Shown here: in pieces, positions 15,309 through 20,000 of the stretch
Numbering within the stretch: position 1 is the first letter of the stretch
Layout of the letters: each line of letters starts with the position of its first letter
Source of the DNA: an uncultured virus (IMG/VR IMGVR_UViG_3300010334_000053)
Lineage: Duplodnaviria > Heunggongvirae > Uroviricota > Caudoviricetes
Direction: 5' to 3' (one strand)
Virus record (IMG/VR): IMGVR_UViG_3300010334_000053
Length of the DNA: 20,000 nucleotides
Program-made: the position numbers and the translations under genes
The notes under the pieces: generated by a model
Seen by the model: only the letters and a program-made list of their open reading frames with translations
Told to the model about the DNA's origin: nothing
Databases searched by the model: none

Positions 15309-16186
15309 CTTTTAATTAATTCTTCTGTTAAGTCTATAAAACGAGAAAAGTCATGTAGCTTGTTCTTCCAATCATCAGGAATGTTCGAAAGGCCATAAAA
15401 TGCACCAGCAATTTGTCCAGTAACTGCGGCAACAGTGTCAGTGTCATTGCCCAAGTTAGTGGCAAGTAAAATTGCATCTCGAAAATTATCTGTTTGATAC
15501 ACGCACCATAGGGCAGCATGAAGAGTATGGATAACATATCCAGATGATGAAACATGATCACGACCAACTTCAAGTGATGTGAGAATGTCCTTTACACTCT
15601 GTACCCAATGCTCTTTAGCAGTTATATTAAAGATGCGACTCTTTTCAGTAGCATAGATTGCATTAAGTAACACTTCCGCCATAAGTTCACATGAATGTAA
15701 ACAAGCAGGTGAAGCATGAGTTGTTTCGCTCTGTAAGTTTGCCGTTTCAATTGCCATTTCTTCATTGTCGTAATGTGCAATCACTGCTGGACTCAGGCGC
15801 ATAATTGAACCGTTGCCGGCGTTATATACAGACTTGTTGTTAGTTACTGAGCCAGTTTCAACATAATCCATAATACCACTAATAGTAGTGTTGCCAATGT
15901 CAAAACACCTACCAGTTGATGAGTTTGTTCCATTACTGTACCAATCTACAAAACGATCCAGCAAATCAGCTTTATCAAGCTGGGAATTAGCGATAAGACT
16001 TTCTGCAAGGCAAAGTGCCATACTAGTATCGTCAGTCCAATAACCTACAGGAAGATTGAACGGTCCACCACCAAGCATGTCAGTAACAGGTTCAAAAGTA
16101 TCACGTTCTCTAAATTCCACGGCGGCGCCAACACAGTCTCCAATAGCAAGCCCAATAAATGCTCCAGCTAATTTGTCTTTTAACAT
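15305..16186 (-). CDS. ADP-ribosylglycohydrolase (DraG/ARH family)
   Basis: GDCVG, WTDDT, GNGSIMR, TTH, DTDTVAAVTGQIAGA. Confidence 0.92.
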   Translation of the reverse strand: MLKDKLAGAFIGLAIGDCVGAAVEFRERDTFEPVTDMLGGGPFNLPVGYWTDDTSMALCLAESLIANSQLDKADLLDRFVDWYSNGTNSSTGRCFDIGNTTISGIMDYVETGSVTNNKSVYNAGNGSIMRLSPAVIAHYDNEEMAIETANLQSETTHASPACLHSCELMAEVLLNAIYATEKSRIFNITAKEHWVQSVKDILTSLEVGRDHVSSSGYVIHTLHAALWCVYQTDNFRDAILLATNLGNDTDTVAAVTGQIAGAFYGLSNIPDDWKNKLHDFSRFIDLTEELIKR

Positions 16187-16209
16187 AATAACTCCTAGTG
16201 TAAAAAAAT

Positions 16210-16238
16210 ATTATAACACTAGAATGAATTGCTGTCAA
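16210..16238 (-). promoter_or_regulatory. consensus sigma70 promoter of the ARH-HAD operon
   Basis: TTGACA-17 nt-TATAAT. Confidence 0.85.
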
Positions 16239-18978
16239 CTATCTCCATGCCAAGATTTGCTATATAAGCCATTAACTCTTCAATCTCTTGACTGGTTGGA
16301 TTTAATGTGCCAATAGCTTGATCTAATTGATCAATATTTACTTGATTTGACTGTGCTGCACTCTTAATCAATTGTTGAACAGCAGGTAAATCTTTCAATG
16401 GTGTTTTTTTCTTAGCAATATCCTGTATTGGAAAATCTAAAAGTTGCAATTGTTTGAACCCAATATAGTTAGTAGAGCCATCTGAAAAGGTTACATCTGC
16501 GATTTTCATTATATTGGCTACATGAGCTATCTTACCAGTTTTGCCGGCAGCAGGCCCATCAATAACTTTAACAGAATCGCCTTGTTTAAACGAATGGACA
16601 GGTATTACTTCAGGTTCAGAAGTTTTAATTTTTTCAATTTCACTAGGATAAAGAAATGTCTTATCATCAGAATCGTCTAATTTTACTATAACATTGCCAC
16701 TTTTTTGAATCTGAGTTATTGTGCCAGTTTTTCCTGTATTGTGCGTTCCTATGATTTTTACCTTATCGCCCTCTGAATATTGTTTAGGTGTTTTTACTTC
16801 TGGCTCTGGTTCCCACTTGAGATTGTCTAAGTTCAAATCTGGATCATTTTTATCGGGGTTATCAAGTTTTTTAACAGTGAATGTATCATCGCCGTATTCG
16901 TCTATAGCCTGATCATATTCATTCTGAGTGAGGAATTGTCCCTGATAAAGCGGTGTAAGTCCTGGCATAGTAACTTCATAAGCAGCATCTATTAAATTAG
17001 GATTTTCAGCTTCGGCTTTAATCTTTTCAATGTTTTTTAAAGGAACGTCATAAGCAAAGCCACTATCAAATTCTACATCAACTTGTGGGATTGTGGAATA
17101 AGCGTATATTATTTTACCAGTTTTACCGGCGGATGCATGGTCACCAATGATCTTAACCTTATCACCGTTTGAGACCTGACCAATTTCCAGAGTCTTTGGT
17201 GACGCCCCAATTTTTTCAAGATAAACAAAGGGAACATCATGTAATTTTTTACCGTTATCCAACACCAGCGTAGTGTCTTTATGAAAATCAAATACATCAT
17301 CAACAGTGGCTATATCACCTGCGTTAGGGTGCTTGCCAATAATTTTTACCTGGTCACCGACTTTGAAAGCGCCTGTAATTGTTTCTTCTGGTTTTTCTTC
17401 CGACTCTTCTGCATCTAATTTTTTAAATCCACCTGATAGAACATTACCGGATTCGCCGCTTTTGAAAAATATTTCAATCATGCCGCTGTTGTAAATATAG
17501 GATACTGTGCCAGATTGACCATAGTATTCACTATCAGTATTGGTGACTTCAACTGTATCACCTTTTTTAATTTTATCAGTGTCAGTTTTTGGTTCTAGTA
17601 TTTTAATTTGGTTTTGCTTAACAGTACCGTACTCGCCGCCTTTGAAAAATATCTCGATTCCACCATCCTTATATATGTAGGATATAGTTCCAGATCGGCC
17701 ATAATATTCACTATTAGTATCAGTAACTTCAACTGTATCACCTTCTTTAAGATCAGGAGTTTCTGAATCAGCTTCACTTTCGTGTTTAATATCTTTAATC
17801 TTGAAGTCGTTGGTCCAATTTTCACCATCCAACTTCACTGATACTTCGTCATAATTGGTGTAAACATACTGTACTTCACCGGACAGCCCGTAATAGTGAT
17901 TACCCTTGGATTTAACAGTAACACGGTCACCAATTTCATATTTTCCAGGTGTAATGATTTTAGGCTTGCCTTCGGGATAAACTTGTAGTTCTAGAAACTT
18001 CATGATATTTTTCATGAGACTTTCTTGAACAGCATAATATGCACCACGAACAAATACTTCTGAATGAGAAGTAATGGCACCTGTTAGGTCTTCTTGATCT
18101 AAATCAAATCCTTTGACTATTCCTTCAGGAGTCATGATGTTTTCAAGCTCAGTTAAAGGCATGAATTCTTTTGGGATGTCACCTGCTTCAATAGCTTGTT
18201 TAATTGAGTTAAGATTGGATTCTAGATCATATTGCCCAAAGAGATCATTAAAGGTAAAATTATATTTTGCTCCTAGTTTTTCTCGATTGGTTAACACGAA
18301 ATCTTTTAAAGGAGCAAGTAGTTCGTAGTCCAACATTTTTGGATAGGATCCTCTATCTAAAATTAAATCCTTGGTGTTTCGACTCCAGCTAAATGAAAAT
18401 CCATCTTTGGGAAACATTACATATACTTTGCCATATCCCGAAGCCTGACTTTTATCACCTGATACGAATGATGAATTATCTCTTCTTGCTTCGAATCCAG
18501 CTGCTTCCATGCCTTTGTTAAAAATATCACTGAGTCGTGAACTACTTGTCATTACACGGCGCTCATCAAATGGTTTACCATAGAGAGCATCTTCAGTGGA
18601 TTTAATTCCACGATAAAAAACTTTAGCATCTCGTGATTTAAAATCTGGATTTAGATCAATGTATGTTTGTACAATTTGTGTGCAATTGTTTGCAATCCTC
18701 GTCATTAAATTATAAAATTGGATTGGAAGATTATTCTTTTCACTTTTAAGATTTGACTTCTGTTGTTTTAGGGAATCAATTTCTGCATAGAGTCCCTGCT
18801 TCATTTTTTCATATTCAGCAGCAACTGAATCAGGCACTTTCATATTATTTGCAAGGGCCGCGCTTTCTTCATAATCAGTGATTTTCTTCAGCAGTTTTTC
18901 TAGTTTTGGCAAGTTAAGGGACATTCCCTTGCGCTCACCCGGCTTCAGTTCGGATTTAAAGATTTCTATAATTCTCAT
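16219..18978 (-). CDS. large late protein: putative ADP-ribosyltransferase domain, 7 KOW repeats, RpoC-like fragment, sigma70 region 1.1-like C-terminus
   Basis: FYRG/SFVS/SEV triad; GDxV..G..G repeats; PGLTPL..EYGDDTF; C-terminal helical segment ending GMEIVD. Confidence 0.7.
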   Translation of the reverse strand: MRIIEIFKSELKPGERKGMSLNLPKLEKLLKKITDYEESAALANNMKVPDSVAAEYEKMKQGLYAEIDSLKQQKSNLKSEKNNLPIQFYNLMTRIANNCTQIVQTYIDLNPDFKSRDAKVFYRGIKSTEDALYGKPFDERRVMTSSSRLSDIFNKGMEAAGFEARRDNSSFVSGDKSQASGYGKVYVMFPKDGFSFSWSRNTKDLILDRGSYPKMLDYELLAPLKDFVLTNREKLGAKYNFTFNDLFGQYDLESNLNSIKQAIEAGDIPKEFMPLTELENIMTPEGIVKGFDLDQEDLTGAITSHSEVFVRGAYYAVQESLMKNIMKFLELQVYPEGKPKIITPGKYEIGDRVTVKSKGNHYYGLSGEVQYVYTNYDEVSVKLDGENWTNDFKIKDIKHESEADSETPDLKEGDTVEVTDTNSEYYGRSGTISYIYKDGGIEIFFKGGEYGTVKQNQIKILEPKTDTDKIKKGDTVEVTNTDSEYYGQSGTVSYIYNSGMIEIFFKSGESGNVLSGGFKKLDAEESEEKPEETITGAFKVGDQVKIIGKHPNAGDIATVDDVFDFHKDTTLVLDNGKKLHDVPFVYLEKIGASPKTLEIGQVSNGDKVKIIGDHASAGKTGKIIYAYSTIPQVDVEFDSGFAYDVPLKNIEKIKAEAENPNLIDAAYEVTMPGLTPLYQGQFLTQNEYDQAIDEYGDDTFTVKKLDNPDKNDPDLNLDNLKWEPEPEVKTPKQYSEGDKVKIIGTHNTGKTGTITQIQKSGNVIVKLDDSDDKTFLYPSEIEKIKTSEPEVIPVHSFKQGDSVKVIDGPAAGKTGKIAHVANIMKIADVTFSDGSTNYIGFKQLQLLDFPIQDIAKKKTPLKDLPAVQQLIKSAAQSNQVNIDQLDQAIGTLNPTSQEIEELMAYIANLGMEIVDSNSF

Positions 18979-18980
18979 AA

Positions 18981-18998
18981 ACATATTTATAAATATGT
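18981..18998. promoter_or_regulatory. palindromic bidirectional late promoter
   Basis: ACATATTTATAAATATGT contains TATAAATA on both strands between divergent genes. Confidence 0.75.
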
Positions 18999-19001
18999 AT
19001 T

Positions 19002-19757
19002 ATGAAAATAAAAGATCTTTTAAATGAAACCGCTATACAAGAGGGTCCGTATGATCCTCACATTTTTAAAGCAGTTTTTATGGCCGGAGCACCAGGTGCT
19101 GGTAAAACAACTACCGCTAATAAGCTACTCTCTGGTACAGGTCTAAGACACCTCAATGTTGATGATTTTTATAATCTTATGAGACATAAAGGACGCGCTA
19201 GTGGCGATCAAAACAAGGATTACGAAGCATCTTGGAAAACGTATCGCGGCCTAGAAGAATTACTTCGTCAAGGTCGAATTGGTTTAATCATTGATAGTAC
19301 TGCGAAGAATCCAGAAAAGATGGCTGATGTTAAAGCAGACCTAGAAGAAATGGGTTATGAGACTGCAATGATTTTCGTTAACTCATCATTAGAAACAAGT
19401 CTCAAAAGAGCCGCTGAACGTTCACAACGTCCTGGTCCAGACTTTGGAAGAGTAACTCCACCAAAACATATTGAAGATACCTGGAATAAGGTGCAAAAGG
19501 GAATAGGTTCATTACAGAACTTATTTGGAGCAAGGTTCTTTGTTATCGATGCTGAACGTCCCGATGCCAGCATTAACTATGTTGACAAGAGTATTAGATC
19601 TTGGCTTAACACGCCAGTTAAAACACAGGCAGCACGACAGTGGTTATCTGATCCTAAAGCTGCACAAAAGCAAACAAGCACAAAGCCAGCAAAAGATGAA
19701 CCTGCACAAACAACAGGTCAACGCCCTGCTGAACCGGAAACTCCCAAAGAAGTATAA
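19002..19757 (+). CDS. P-loop kinase (AAA_33/zeta-toxin/polynucleotide-kinase-like)
   Basis: GAPGAGKT, NVDD, IIDST, RxxxR lid. Confidence 0.75.
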   Translation: MKIKDLLNETAIQEGPYDPHIFKAVFMAGAPGAGKTTTANKLLSGTGLRHLNVDDFYNLMRHKGRASGDQNKDYEASWKTYRGLEELLRQGRIGLIIDSTAKNPEKMADVKADLEEMGYETAMIFVNSSLETSLKRAAERSQRPGPDFGRVTPPKHIEDTWNKVQKGIGSLQNLFGARFFVIDAERPDASINYVDKSIRSWLNTPVKTQAARQWLSDPKAAQKQTSTKPAKDEPAQTTGQRPAEPETPKEV

Positions 19758-19760
19758 AAA

Positions 19761-19863
19761 CAGGATTGTGTTTTTTTAGGCGGGAATCGAACCCGCTCCG
19801 TTTGCGTTGAAAGCAAATGCTCTACCGATGAGCTACCTAATGGTTTTTTGCTGAAACAATCCT
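19761..19863 (-). ncRNA. carrier-stem ncRNA enclosing a tRNA-like cloverleaf with UCA anticodon
   Basis: AGGATTGT/ACAATCCT, CAGCAA, D arm, TTTGC-TTTCAAC-GCAAA, T arm, short acceptor, no CCA. Confidence 0.7.
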
Positions 19864-19878
19864 AAAATTCAAATTAAA

Positions 19879-20000
19879 CAGAGTGTATTGTTCTTTACGT
19901 GCTCTACCAGCTGAGCTACCTCCCCGCAGTTGGTGGGAAGGGTTGGACTCGAACCAACGACACCGTCCTTTTCATGGATAGAATTTTATGCTGAAAACAC
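19879..20000 (-). ncRNA. carrier-stem ncRNA containing a circularly permuted tRNA-Phe(GAA)-like domain (5' end at window edge)
   Basis: GTGT..CAGCAT..ACACTCTG; order is anticodon hairpin, T arm, 3' acceptor+CCA, 5' acceptor, D arm. Confidence 0.75.

Noticed and set aside
19761..19863. UGA recoding or opal suppressor tRNA
   Set aside because: No CCA and a truncated acceptor; TGA ends several intact genes (1990, 6410, 11084, 15305) and long ORFs are uninterrupted in the standard code

Overview
Window from a large T4-like (jumbo-type) phage genome. It carries 17 tRNA or tRNA-variant genes and one 125-nt tRNA-like RNA, all on the minus strand. Interspersed are RNA-repair and translation-rescue genes (Rnl1-type RNA ligase, metallophosphoesterase, HAD phosphatase, P-loop kinase, Pth2), a Ro60/TROVE-like VWA protein, three free-standing GIY-YIG-type endonucleases, a GH19 lysin, an ADP-ribosylglycohydrolase and several late genes sharing an M(R/K/N)Ix(E/D)(L/I) N-terminus. 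Eight near-perfect sigma70 promoters lie on the minus strand, and T4-type TAAATA late promoters are present. Three signals stand out. (1) A family of five RNA elements shares a closing stem followed by C(A/C)GCA(A/T). Four carry different tRNA-mimic payloads (anticodon arm only, elbow only, a UCA-anticodon cloverleaf and a circularly permuted tRNA-Phe). An empty copy sits in the 5' UTR of the Ro-like gene, which suggests an undescribed Ro/Y-RNA-like system with autoregulation. (2) A ~920-aa protein combines a putative ADP-ribosyltransferase domain, seven KOW repeats, an RNA polymerase beta'-like fragment and a sigma70 region 1.1-like C-terminus, next to the ADP-ribosylglycohydrolase. (3) Several tRNAs are structurally aberrant (D-armless Arg, 8/4 Ser, A34 Thr, Ala-identity tRNA-like RNA). 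All calls come from reading motifs by eye; no database searches were run.
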